From the NCBI RefSeq assembly GCF_009914755.1, contig NC_060932.1: DNA of 64,000 nucleotides, one strand, 5' to 3'. This document shows positions 1-16,029 of the stretch, piece by piece. The notes beneath the pieces are model-generated. The model ran no database searches. It was given only the letters and a program-made list of their open reading frames with translations, and had not been told where the DNA came from. The number at the start of each line of letters is the position of its first letter. Within the stretch, counting starts at the first letter, position 1. The position numbers and the translations under genes were made by a program. The DNA is from the human T2T-CHM13v2.0 reference genome, Homo sapiens.

Positions 1-273
1 TCATCTTCTGTCTGTCACAATATAATGAAAATATAATATCCTTCGAACTGGCCTCCTGCATCTAATGTTGCCTTTCAGGTCACCACTGATTCTTTAAAGA
101 GGTCCATAGGACCTCTTTAAAACCATCATTGTGATTATAAAGGCTCTCTACTAAATTGCTTTAAAATATTCCCCTTATCTTTAGGATAAAGTCAAAAATT
201 CCTAATATTTCTTTTAAGACTTTGCTTGAATTGACTGCAATTTACTTTTTGCTCCTCTTATACAATTGTCTTC

Positions 274-628
274 TGATATGGTTTGGCTGTGTCTCCACCC
301 AAACCTCACCTTGAGTTGTAATAATCCCCACATGTCAAGGGCAGGGCCAGGTGGAGATCGTTAAATAATGAGGGTGTTTTCCACCATACTGTTCTAGTGG
401 TAGTGAATAAGTTTCACGAGATCTGATTGCTTTATAAATGGGAGTTCCCTGTGCACACTCTCCTGCCTACCATCACGTAAGACACGGCTTTGCTTTTTCT
501 TTGCCTTCCACCGTGACTGTGAGGCCTCCCCAGCCATGTGGAACTGTGAGTCCGTTAAACCTCTTTCCTTTATAAATTGCCCAGTCTCAGGTATGTCTTT
601 ATAAGCAGTGTAAGAACAGACTAATACA
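274..628 (+). mobile_element. THE1C/D-type MaLR solo LTR
   Basis: Starts TGATATGGTTTGGCTGTGTC and ends ...AACAGACTAATACA; perfect 5-bp TSD TCTTC (269-273 and 629-633). Confidence 0.9.
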
Positions 629-791
629 TCTTCTTTTCAGCCCTATTAAGCTTTCTGGAGGCTCTGAGCGTAGTATGCTCCTTTTCTTGAATGTTCATAC
701 AGGCAGTTGCTCCTGCCTACAAAGCTCTTTTTCTTTTCTGTGCCAACACACTCTTTGTGTCCCAGGTTAATGACCTCCTCCTTGAGGAAGT

Positions 792-955
792 TTTCCTCAC
801 CATCACCATTCCCTCAGGTCAGGCTTTCCATACCCTTGTATCATAGTCCTCTGTGCTATCCTGGAACATCAAGTTTCCTCACCACCACCATTCCCTCAGG
901 TCAGGCTTTCCATACCCTTGTATTATAGTCCTCTGTGCTATCCTGGCACATCAAG
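792..955. repeat. 82-bp tandem duplication (2 copies)
   Basis: 792-873 and 874-955 align with 3 mismatches (TTTCCTCACCA...ACATCAAG). Confidence 0.95.
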
Positions 956-985
956 GCTCGAAAATATTTGTTCACTGACTTTTTA

Positions 986-1233
<248 letters not shown>

Positions 1234-3099
1234 TGTTCACTGACTTTTTAATTCACTCCTGGTCCATACTTTAGCCTAAAAGCTACTAAATACTGATGTG
1301 AATTGGGAGTAACGGAGAACTATTTACCTTAGCATTTGTCCCGGAGTCGGTCTTAGTCAAAAGAGATATGTTAGTTGAAAATGGAAAACTCCCTTCCCCC
1401 ATGCTGTCAAGAGAGGCCGTGGTAATTTGCTATGTGGCCAAATGCTGTCAAAATTCTCAGTTTCTCCTCTACTGAAATGTGGTAGCTAGGCAACTTTGAT
1501 AACATTTGGAACCAACCCACACAAATTTCATTCCAAGTCCAGATCAAGTGCCAAAGCTGGTTGGTTTCATTTCAGAGACACCCTCCCTAAGGCCATGAAG
1601 ATGAGCCAAATGTCTGTGAAGAAATTGTTATAACTACCTATGCTTTCAGCATGCACAGGTATAATGTTTTATTGACTTAATTATATGACATAGTGTCTGC
1701 CACAATACGTGAAAGGCTTAGGGATTCCTACTATAAAATGAGGATGTAAATAATTGTCCTGCTAATATGGCATTTATTTGAAAAACTGGCTGCATATTGC
1801 AACACTGTAAGCAAAAACGGCAGTCATTTCAAGAGGGCTTTTTGATACATGACATTTTTTCTGTAATATTGGTCCTGTAAGTACATTTAAAATGAAGTAA
1901 TGAATCAAATGTCTTGTGCATATATACTTTGACTGAAGATAATGATTTTACGATGGAAACAGCTACTGCAACAAGATTATTCAGGCAAACCTTTATCTTT
2001 CCATGGATTCAAATTAGCTGAAGCCTGGACATACCACTAAGGGACTCTCTGGATGTCACCAACATTAATATGATTGAGTTATCAATTTTAAAGATTGATA
2101 ATGACAGCTGAATGTTCTGTCCCCTCAAAATGTTCTAATGTGAATTGATTGAGTGCTTCCTTGTAAAGAGAGAGTGTTAAGTGAAATACTATTTATTCCA
2201 TGATACAACTGTGTTTTCATACATAATTAAAACTTCCCATTTGGGCAAGAAGAGTGCTGTGATGGAGTTGGTTGATTAGAGATTCCTTTTTAAATGAATT
2301 ATTAACCTAGCTAGTCAATTATTTTTCTACCTTCTAATTTTATTTTGCCTGATATTATAAGCACATTCTACCTTTCCATAATATTTTTGATTAATCTAGA
2401 AAAAAGTGTTTTATTTCTAACAAGGCCATATATATTTTGTTCTTTCCAAAATCTATCCATAAATGGGAAAAAAAATCTCATTATACTGTGTGATTATCCT
2501 TAGTCTCTAATGGACTATTAGCCTGGGATTTGCTCAATAAAGCAAACATACCACTATAAAAATAATGACTATATATTTCTCAGACTCACAAAATTATATA
2601 TTCTCGATGACAAGCTCTTTTAAAAAGCAATAAAATATCCAAGTTTTTAAATACAGCTTCAATTTTTAAAAATTCTTCCCTGACTTATTTATGCAAAATT
2701 AACAACTGAAAGTTCTACTCCACTTTAGTATTTGCTTTAGCTGGTTTTAGAATAAACATATTTTTCTAAATCTGTTTAACACAAATAGCAGTAGTTAATT
2801 TAACAGATAGGAATTGGGGCATGTCTGTCACTTATATGACAACAGGATCAGATCCAAAAAAAGTTTGGTACCAAGTAATTGAGAAACTGCCTAAATGCAT
2901 TTTGGGCTTTGATTTCTGAACAATTTTCAAGAAGTTCAATCCTGGGCCAATTATGCAGTATCATGCTTGGAAAACAGGAAACTGCCTTAGAGGAATTTGT
3001 TACCATCATTTATAAGATATCTCAGACAGCTCATTCAAGGATAGATAAGGTGTTTTTCTCTGAAGCAGCTGTTATTGTACTGGAAAGCAAAATATTCAC

Positions 3100-3270
3100 A
3101 AGACTAGGATACGGAGCTTGGCTCCCCCATGTACTATTCCCATGTATAACCTTGGGCAAGTCATTTAATGTCCCAGGTTCAATTTTATCATCCTTACAAA
3201 GTCTATAATAATACCTGCTTCAAAGGATTGCTATAAGGCTCATATAATATAATAAATGGAAAAGTGCTTT
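3100..3270 (+). mobile_element. MIR fragment
   Basis: Degenerate MIR core (ACCTTGGGCAAGTCATTTAA...ATAATAATACCT); boundaries approximate. Confidence 0.6.
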
Positions 3271-4977
3271 CTGTTGTAAAAGACTCAACTCATCTAAGAG
3301 ATAATGGTTATTATTTTCCATACACTAGTCCTTGCTGTGGTATTAGTGAATTTATGACCTTGGATGTTGAGTTGTAAAGACCCTCTAAAGAGCCTACAAC
3401 CTTTTCATCTTGATTGTAGGCATGAATAAATAAATATATAGAGAACATCTGAGAACCATTAAAATAAAGTAAATATGACACATTTGGAATAAGATGGGTT
3501 TATGTGCAACCTTTGAACTTTTATATATCATCTACAGCAAGCTAAAATTTGTGATATTAAATATTTGGACATTTTATTTGTGCTTATTGGTTTGTCTTTC
3601 TTCATATACAGATATGTCCTGAAATTTTACATACAAATTGACTCATATTTAGTTATATTGAAAGGAGGTTACTACTAGATTAAAGAAATACTGTGGTAAA
3701 TCTTTTATAGAATAAAGAATCATTCAGTGTTGAAACATGACGGTCTCATAAATTTGGATTTTTTTTGTGCCTAGTGTTCTAAATGTGAGAATACAACTTC
3801 ACTAGATATGTTTTTCCTTTACTCGGGAGCCCTATACATAAACAAAAAGTATCTACATTGTACCAAGAGATGATGTAAATAAAGAATTAAAACACTGTCA
3901 TTTGAATACTCTATTATTGAACTCACTGTCTGGGTGTGAAAACATTCTAACCAGTTCCATACCACCCACTGAACAGCATCCTTCCCTTCTGCAAGTGGAG
4001 TCATAGGCATCCTTTGGGCACTGGCATCTGGGCATCAGTACCTGAATGTCAGCACTGATATGATAGATACTGCCTTTTAACTTCCCTTCCTATCTGGTTT
4101 ACTCCATTTCGGTTACATATGGTTGAAGACTCTGGCTTTTGAGTCCCTTTTTTGTGTTGTTATTTTTGTTGTTTAGGACTGGTTTATAAGGGTCAGAAGC
4201 TTCCTTTGTATGACCTCTTAGTTCCCAACTTCTCCTTTGCCCCTCACTTCAATCCCTTTCAATTTAGTTCCACTTAGAGCTAGGTAAGGACAACACCCAC
4301 TCTTCAATCAACCCCAACTTCAGGATCCTTGGGTCTTCTGTTGTCCCTGGAGTGGGGTTTTATGGATTCTTAAATTTTTTAAGGCTTTCCTAAGTGAAGT
4401 TTATTTCTAATTGAAAACTACAGCAAGTCAATGAGAAACTGGTTGAGCCAAAGAATAGACATTGATTTGAAGATCTGTAACCACAAAAATAGCAAATACA
4501 CCCCAGGGTCCAATTTGCAATTGAAACCCCGTTGTCTCCAGAACATACTTCATGTCTTCTCTCTATATGTTGGCCTCATTTTCTTAGGAAAGATTTTCCC
4601 CACCAGCAGGAAATAGAGAATCTGGCAACTCCATCTTCAGTCATTTAGAGTAATCACAAGAAAATGACTGACCCCTGATGTCTCTTTTCCTAAATTAAAA
4701 AATTAGGGAGAAGTTCTCTAATTTGGTCAGTTTAAGTGAAGGGTTTATACCTAGACCAGTCAACAAACATCAAACAGTAAGTGGTGTCACTTTGGAGTTC
4801 TTTACTCATCCTTAGACCATTAAGTGTGGGAGAAACATCATTTTCTAGAGGAAGGAGGTGAGAATTGCTGGATGAGCAGGCAATACTCATTCACTGGGAT
4901 AAATATTCATTTGGCATATTATCTTTTTTGGTCTTTTTGTTTTCCTATATCTCTCCATTGTCCCCCTGGATTTTGTT

Positions 4978-5267
4978 TATGTCAAAGTTTTCTTTTTTTC
5001 TTTTTTTTTTTTTAATTCTCAATGTTTTTAATGTCTTAAATTGCTAAATACAGATTAGTGTTACCATCTTTTTAGATTTCAGTGCACCAGCATGGCACAT
5101 GTATACATATGTAACTAACCTGCACAATGTGCACATGTACCCTAAAACTTAAAGTATAATAAATAAATAAATAAATAAAATCCAAAAAAAAAAAAGAAAA
5201 CTTTGTCAAAACATTAAACCCTCTCTTTCTGTTGCATTGGCATAAAGAAATATGTCAAAGTTTTCTT
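4978..5267 (-). mobile_element. Short L1PA2-type insertion with 3' transduction and twin-priming inversion
   Basis: 17-bp TSD TATGTCAAAGTTTTCTT at 4978-4994 and 5251-5267; poly(T) to 5013; unique segment 5014-5080; L1 3' end plus A-tail in the opposite orientation at 5080-5195; unique segment 5196-5250; TT/AAGA endonuclease-type site on the minus strand. Confidence 0.85.
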
Positions 5268-8077
5268 AAGATTAAGGTGACCGATGGAGAGAAAAAACAA
5301 ACGAATCTGACAAAAGCTTTGTTAGGAGAATTAACACTTTCTGAATACTGGCCAGTTTTCAGAAATTTCTTCTATAATCTTTTCTTTCCTTCCCCCAGAA
5401 CAATCCTGAAGTAAGAGATCTCCATTCCCAGATAAACAAATTCATATTCAGGGATGATGAATAACTGCTTTAGGATGATAATGCTAGCAAGAACCAAGTT
5501 GGAACTGATAAACCCAAATATATGTAAATGAAAATGGAAATTGCAGTGGGGCTGGTGCAGATAAGATTCAGGGGACAATTGTGAGGAAAAAGTGGTTTCC
5601 AGGGCTCATCTTTACCCTCCAACTCCACTAAGGAGATTTATTCCTTTGCAGGGATCAAGTCCAAGAACAATTCAGGCCATATTATTGGATTATTAGTATA
5701 AGAAGTATAAATACATAAATTCTCTCCTTTCTTTTCTTTGGGATCTATTTTACTCACCACATAGTGTTAAAATGGAAAGTTGAGATTAGGGTGTAGACCT
5801 AGAGAAATGGGGCCAAGTAGAACAGCTGTCCTGCTGACTATAGTCCATGTTAAACGCTTTCTCATGGCATTGTATGGTAAGAAGACTCTATTGGGATTTG
5901 GCAGAAAGTATTTTAAAAATAAACAGAATGACTTTTTCCAAGAATATCCCTTTGACATAATGCCTTCTTGAATCCATGTAGGTGTTAGCCAGCTATTGGA
6001 GGATTCCTGGATCTTGGGTCCATGTCAAATGCCACTGCATTCCAAGTATGAATTGGCAAGAGATGGCTACACATACAGTACATGAACAATGAAAGGATAC
6101 TTACTTTGTATCCACAGAAAACATTTGAAGCCCTTCTTTTTATTTCATTACATTTAACACACACCCAATATGTGTAGTCTTATACCTGGCTCTAGGTGTA
6201 TAAAGATGTGTTCCTTCCCTCAAACAGTATGGTGGATGTACTTTGATGCATTCCTCAGTTTAAAACTTTGAATTGATTCCACTATAATTTTGTGATATGA
6301 CAACCAAGTATGGTGAGTTTTTGGCATAGATTACAGGCCAACTCTGACAACAGGTTGATAAAGTAGCTAATATCACTCCCCTATTGTTGATGATGGAACT
6401 AGCCTGAAAGTGAATAACTGGCCAAGGCAGGATTTGAGTCCATCTACCAGGCTCGGGAGCACACACGCTAGTCCCATTCCTCCCTGCTCCCATGCTAAGA
6501 CTTCAAGCTGGAGAAGATGTCTTTTCTTTTCTATTCTTCTCCATGTATAAATTTGGCTGAGACCTGGGAAATAAATCCAGAAATGTGCCGAATGATCTAA
6601 GCACAGACATCCAATAAAATTAATTTGTCTTTGATACTGCATTTCATGTTTGTTCAATATTTACTTTATAATAAAGTTGTAAAAGGTCATGGTCTAGAAA
6701 ACTGAAATGAAATTAGAAAATTTGTTTCTATCTAATTTCCAAGCCTAGAATTCCAATCAAGAGTTAACTTGGGTATTAAAAGTGTTTTTAGATGGAAAAA
6801 CATGGCTCATGTGAACAGTAATATGCAAATGAAGTGATTCTGATGTAAGAACAATATTGATTTTTATTCTTGAACTCAGGTCTATTCTATTTTAACAGAG
6901 AACTTCTCAAATTATATTGAACAACATTATATTGACCAAATTTTCATTTTACCTTTCCAATATTTTTATTACGTATTTCTGATCTCTGCCTAACATTTAG
7001 CCAGGCAAACTGCCATCTGCAACCAACATCACTTTAAACTGGAAGGCCCTAATAAAATACCCTAACTAACATATATTGAGTTCGTAAACATTCTGCAAAA
7101 CTTTTTGGTATAAATTTTCTTATTTAATCCAAAATGTAACAATTTTTGATAGATTATATAAAAGTATCTGAGACAGGTGTCAATCAATTTAGAGATTTAT
7201 TTTGCCAAGGTTAAGGATTATGACCTGTAACACAGCCTCAGGATGTCCTGAGAATATGTGCCCAAGATTATTGGGTTATGGCTTGGTTTTTTATATGTTT
7301 TAGGGAAACCTGAGACATTAATTAATACATGTGAGGTATATATTGGTACAATCCAGAAAGGTAGGACAACTCAAAGAGGGGGTGGTGGGTGGAGATGGGG
7401 GTTCAGGTCATAGGCAGATTGAAAGATTTTCTGACTGGCAATTGGTTGAAAAATTTAAGTTATTATGTAAAAGCATGGAATCAATAGAGTGGCTGGATTA
7501 AAATAAGAAGTTGTGGAGACCGAGGTTCTTATTACGTAGATGAAGTGTCATAAGTAACAACTGTTAGAGGCAGTAGATGGCAAATGTTTCCTATTCAGAC
7601 CTTTAACCGGTGTTAGAGTCTCCACTAATCTCCTCAGAAAAAGACCCGGAAAGGGAAAAGGATTCTTGATAGAATATAAATTTCCCCCACAAGACACAGC
7701 TTTGCAGGGCATTTCAAAATATGTCAAAGAAATATATTTTGGGGCAAAATACTTCAATTTCCTTCATGGCCTGCTATCATGTGATGCTCTACTAGAGTCA
7801 GATTGGAATTTGATAGCTTATTGCTACAAATAGTCTACTTTGTCAGTCTTAGGATCTCTATTTTTTTTTTTTATTATACTTTAAGTTTTAGGGTACATGT
7901 GCACATTGTGCAGGTTAGTTACATATGTATACATGTGCCATGCTGGTGCGCTGCACCCACTAACTCGTCATCTAGCATTAGGTATATCTCCCAATGCTAT
8001 CCCTCCCACCTCCCCCCACCCCACAACAGTCCCCAGAGTGTGATATTCCGCTTCCTGTGTCCATGTGATCGCATTGT

Positions 8078-11932
<3,855 letters not shown>

Positions 11933-11968
11933 TTAGTTGATGCAGTTTCTTCCTAGTCTCGATGGTCT

Positions 11969-12985
11969 TTACATTTTGGCATGATTTTGCAGTGGCTGGT
12001 ATCGGTTGTTCCTTTCCATGTTTAGCACTTCCTTCAGGAGCTCTTTTAGGGCAGGCCTAGTGGTGACAAAATCTCTCAGCATTTGCTTGTCTGTGAAGTA
12101 TTTTATTGCTCCTTCACTTATGAAGCTTAATTTGGCTGGATATGAAATTCTGGGTTGAAAATTCTTTTCTTTAAGAATGTTGAATATTGGCCCCCACTCT
12201 CTTTTGGCTTGTAGGGTTTCTGCCGAGAGACCCGCTGTTAGTCTGATGGGCTTCCCTTTGAGGGTAACCCGACCTTTCTCTCTGGCTGCCCTTAACATTT
12301 TTTCCTTCATTTCAACTTTGGTGAATCTGACAATTATGTGTCTTGGAGTTGCTCTTCTTGGGGAGTATCTTTGTGGCGTTCTCTGTATTTCCTGAATCTG
12401 AACGTTGGCCTGCCTTGCTAGATTGGGGAAGTTCTCCTGGATAATATCCTGCAGAGTGTTTTCCAACTTGGTTCCATTCTCCCCATCACTTTCAGGTACA
12501 CCAATCAGACGTAGATTTGGTCTTTTCACATAGTCCCATATTTCTTGGAGGCTTTGCTCATTTCTTTTTATTCTTTTTTCTCTAAACTTCCCTTCTCGCT
12601 TCATTTCATTCATTTCATCTTCCATTGCTGATACCCTTTCTTCCAGTTGATCGCATCGGCTCCTGAGGCTTCTGCATTCTTCACGTAGTTCTCGAGCCTT
12701 GGTTTTCAGCTCCATCAGCTCCTTTAAGCACTTCTCTGTATTGGTTATTCTAGTTATACATTCTTCTAAATTTTTTCCAAAGTTTTCAACTTCTTTGCCT
12801 TTGGTTTGAATGTCCTCCCGTAGCTCAGAGTAATTTGATCGTCTGAAGCCTTCTTCTCTCAGCTCGTCAAAGTCATTCTCCATCCAGCTTTGTTCCGTTG
12901 CTGGTGAGGAACTGCGTTCCTTCGGAGGAGGAGAGGCTCTCTGCGTTTTAGAGTTTCCAGTTTTTCTGTTCTGTTTTTTCCCCAT
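11969..12985 (-). CDS. L1 ORF1p RNA-binding protein (338 aa, open, carries R261K)
   Basis: MGKKQNRKTGNSKTQ...YQPLQNHAKM; REKG and YPAKLS motifs intact; the ARR motif reads AKR. Confidence 0.95.
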   Translation of the reverse strand: MGKKQNRKTGNSKTQRASPPPKERSSSPATEQSWMENDFDELREEGFRRSNYSELREDIQTKGKEVENFGKNLEECITRITNTEKCLKELMELKTKARELREECRSLRSRCDQLEERVSAMEDEMNEMKREGKFREKRIKRNEQSLQEIWDYVKRPNLRLIGVPESDGENGTKLENTLQDIIQENFPNLARQANVQIQEIQRTPQRYSPRRATPRHIIVRFTKVEMKEKMLRAAREKGRVTLKGKPIRLTAGLSAETLQAKREWGPIFNILKEKNFQPRISYPAKLSFISEGAIKYFTDKQMLRDFVTTRPALKELLKEVLNMERNNRYQPLQNHAKM

Positions 12986-13299
12986 CTTTGTGGTTTTATC
13001 TACTTTTGGTCTTTGATGATGGTGATGTACAGATGGGTTTTTGGTGTGGATGTCCTTTCTGTTTGTTAGTTTTCCTTCTAACAGACAGGACCCTCAGCTG
13101 CAGGTCTGTTGGAGTACCCTGCCGTGTGAGGTGTAAGTGTGCCCCTGCTGGGGAGTGCCTCCCAGTTAGGCTGCTCGGGGGTCAGGGGTCAGGGAGGCAG
13201 TCTGCCGGTTCTCAGATCTCCAGCTGCGTGCTGGGAGAACCACTGCTCTCTTCAAAGCTGTCAGACAGGGACACTTAAGTCTGCAGAGGTTACTGCTGT

Positions 13300-13876
13300 C
13301 TTTTTGTTTGTCTGTGCCCTGCCCCCAGAGGTGGAGCCTACAGAGGCAGGCAGGCCTCCTTGAGCTGTGGTGGGCTCCACCCAGTTCGAGCTTCCCAGCT
13401 GCTTTGTTTACCTAAGCAAGCCTGGGCAATGGCGGGCGCCCCTCCCCCAGCCTCGCTGCCTTGCAGTTTGATCTCAGACTGCTGTGCTAGCAGTCAGTGA
13501 GATTCCATGGGCGTAGGACCCTCCGAGCCAGGTGTGGGATATAATCTCGTGGTTCGCCGTTTTTTAAGCCGGTCTGAAAAGCGCAATATTTGGGTGGGAG
13601 TGACCCGATTTTCCAGGTGCGTCCGTCACCCCTTTCTTTGACTCGGAAAGGGAACTCCCTGACCCCTTGCGCTTCCCGAGTGAGGCAATGCCTCGCCCTG
13701 CTTCGGCTCGCGCACGGTGCGCGCACCCACTGGCCTGCGCCCACTGTCTGGCCCTCCCTAGTGAGATGAACCCGGTACCTCAGATGGAAATGCAGAAATC
13801 ACCCATCTTCTGCGTCGCTCACGCTGAGAGCTGTAGACCGGAGCTGTTCCTATTCGGCCATCTTGGCTCCTCCCCC
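13300..13876. promoter_or_regulatory. L1 5'UTR: sense promoter (minus strand, YY1 site) and antisense promoter (plus strand) with two splice donors
   Basis: CpG-rich; YY1 motif CAAGATGGCCG near 13856-13866; plus-strand donors CAG|GTGTGG (GT at 13532) and CAG|GTGCGT (GT at 13617) are at the positions known for L1 ORF0/ASP transcripts. Confidence 0.8.
13429..13500 (+). pseudogene. L1 ORF0, truncated (23 aa)
   Basis: MAGAPPPASLPCSLISDCCASSQ then TGA (CGA>TGA); one codon deleted relative to the recalled ORF0 consensus. Confidence 0.8.
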
Positions 13877-14520
13877 AGGATCTCTATTTTAATGTTAGGG
13901 CTGGTCAGTAGTGTCTAAACTCCAAAAGGGAGAGGGTATAATGAAGCATGTCCAACCCACTCTTCCTGTCGTAGCCTGAACTAATTCTTTAGGTTTCTTT
14001 GGAGTCCTCTTGGCTGAGAGGGGGTCCATTCAGTTAGTTTGGGGGCTTAGAATTTTATTTTTGGTTTACAAGCTGTTCTTACCTGAACACTTATTTTATG
14101 AAAGGTACCATGCTAGACAGTATTGAGACTAGAGGTTAACAAGACCAAAATTCTATTCTCATGGAGTTTAAGCTCTAGCCTGTGGACAAATTTCTTTCAT
14201 TTCATTCAACTAATTTTTACTGAATCCTTATCAAGTACCAGGAACTGCACAATACCACTTATTCAATAGGCTAGAAATTAAAAATTCAAAAGATTGTTAT
14301 CCTTTAGAGTAATCACCTGGGGAAGCTACATACTAATTTTTTTCCAATGTTGGCATTGCTCAGAATATTTCTAGAATCAGTATATTTGCAATTTGATTAC
14401 TTCTAAGTATATTTAAGTCTTATCAGGGAAAAAGCTATCATTACTTTAAACTTACACTTTGTTTTAAATCTGTATGTTACATAATATATATTATACATAC
14501 TATACATATATTATACATTA

Positions 14521-14565
<45 letters not shown>
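14521..14565. repeat. (TG)n(TA)n microsatellite
   Basis: Directly visible. Confidence 0.95.
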
Positions 14566-14567
<2 letters not shown>

Positions 14568-15557
14568 AGCTTGATCACTTACCCTACATACAAAAAGTGA
14601 CACTGTATGACATTTAACAGTATCAACAAAATTAAATCTTTTCTTAGAAGATTAAGATGTGTCATTCTCTAAGGAATGTGTGGCTGGCTCTGAAAGAGGT
14701 ATATGAAAGATACTTTGAACACCAGTGGCATTGTTTTGGTTTATTTCCCATGCCTACCCAAGGTGATTACCTTATGGACACTTGTAATTTACCTGGATAA
14801 ATTCTAGTACATTTACCTAAAAATGAAATCTGTAATCATATAAAAATCTGTGCTTTTATACCTCATTAACTTGCTTATTCATTCAATAAATGTTTACTGA
14901 ACCTTCACTTCATGTGAAGGTCTGAACTACGTGTTGTGAACAAAGCAAAAAATAATAATAAGCCATGTCTAAGGTAATTCAAAACCCAGTGTTTTTGCTT
15001 TAGTAGTTTGTAAATTGTGCAAATATCCAACTGAATTAAACTGACTCAGATCAAACTTCTGGCAAATGTTTAGTTTCTCCATTTGAGTCTGCTTTATATT
15101 CTAATAAGCTTCCATTCTCCCTTTAAAGGTAAACAATAGAGAAGGAAGAAAAAAAAATGTTTCCTGGATATGTATCTAGGCATACCTGCAGGAGAGCCAT
15201 GACCCTTCAGCATACAGAGCAGAACCCCTCTGGAGGGGTCAGGAGGAACATCTCCCAATGCCTAGTGTCTAAGTCCTAACTCTTCAAAGAGCTATTGAGG
15301 AAGGTTATCTCTGTTGCAGGTTCTTCTGCATCCAAGTATATCAAATTCTGATCACCCTTCAAGTATTCAGCCTATTTACACACTTCATTCTTCCAAAATG
15401 TATTCGTTTACTTTAAAGAAATCTGTACTACTTGGTATGGTTTCCTCTAATCCTTTAGATTTATATTTTTAAAGTCTTTACACACTATTTCAGCTGGGTT
15501 ATGTCTGTATTAAGTAAGTACAGCTACATTGCAAATTAACCTCCAAACTACAGAGGC

Positions 15558-15957
15558 TGTTAAAAGAAAATCTCAGGTAAATTAAATTTAACAGAGCTTA
15601 ATTGAGCAAAGAATGTTTCACAATCAGGAAGCCTTCTGAGCTGGAGTAGGCTCATAGAGACTTCAGTGCATGCAGCCACATGGTGGAAGAAGATACATGG
15701 ACAAAAAAGGGAAAGTGACGTACAGAAAATGGAAGGGAGGTACACAAACATGGATTGGTTGCAGCTTGGCATTTGACTTATTTGGACACAGTTTCAACAG
15801 TTGGCCACCTTTAACTGGCCAAAACTTGGTGATTGGCACCAGAGTAGATAGTTCATGTATACATCCAGTTAGATTTCAGTTTACTATGTTCAGAGAAAAC
15901 TTCAGGCTGAGCTTAAAATATGAAAGGAGGCAGCTTTGGGCTAAACTTAATTTAACA
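15558..15957 (-). mobile_element. MER57-family ERV1 solo LTR
   Basis: The minus strand starts TGTTAAATTAAGTTTAGCCCAAAGCTGCCTCC; 4-bp TSD AGGC on both sides. Confidence 0.85.
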
Positions 15958-16029
15958 AGGCTTAACTAAACAGATGTTTATTGTAGGTGAGCAGAAAGCT
16001 CCACTTCACCTGGTAGTTTAGGAAATGTA

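Noticed and set aside
7800-7864. Neighbouring full-length L1 as the source of the transduction at 4978-5267
   Set aside because: Its 3' flank (minus strand AAAATAGAGATCCTAAGACTG...) does not match the transduced tag.
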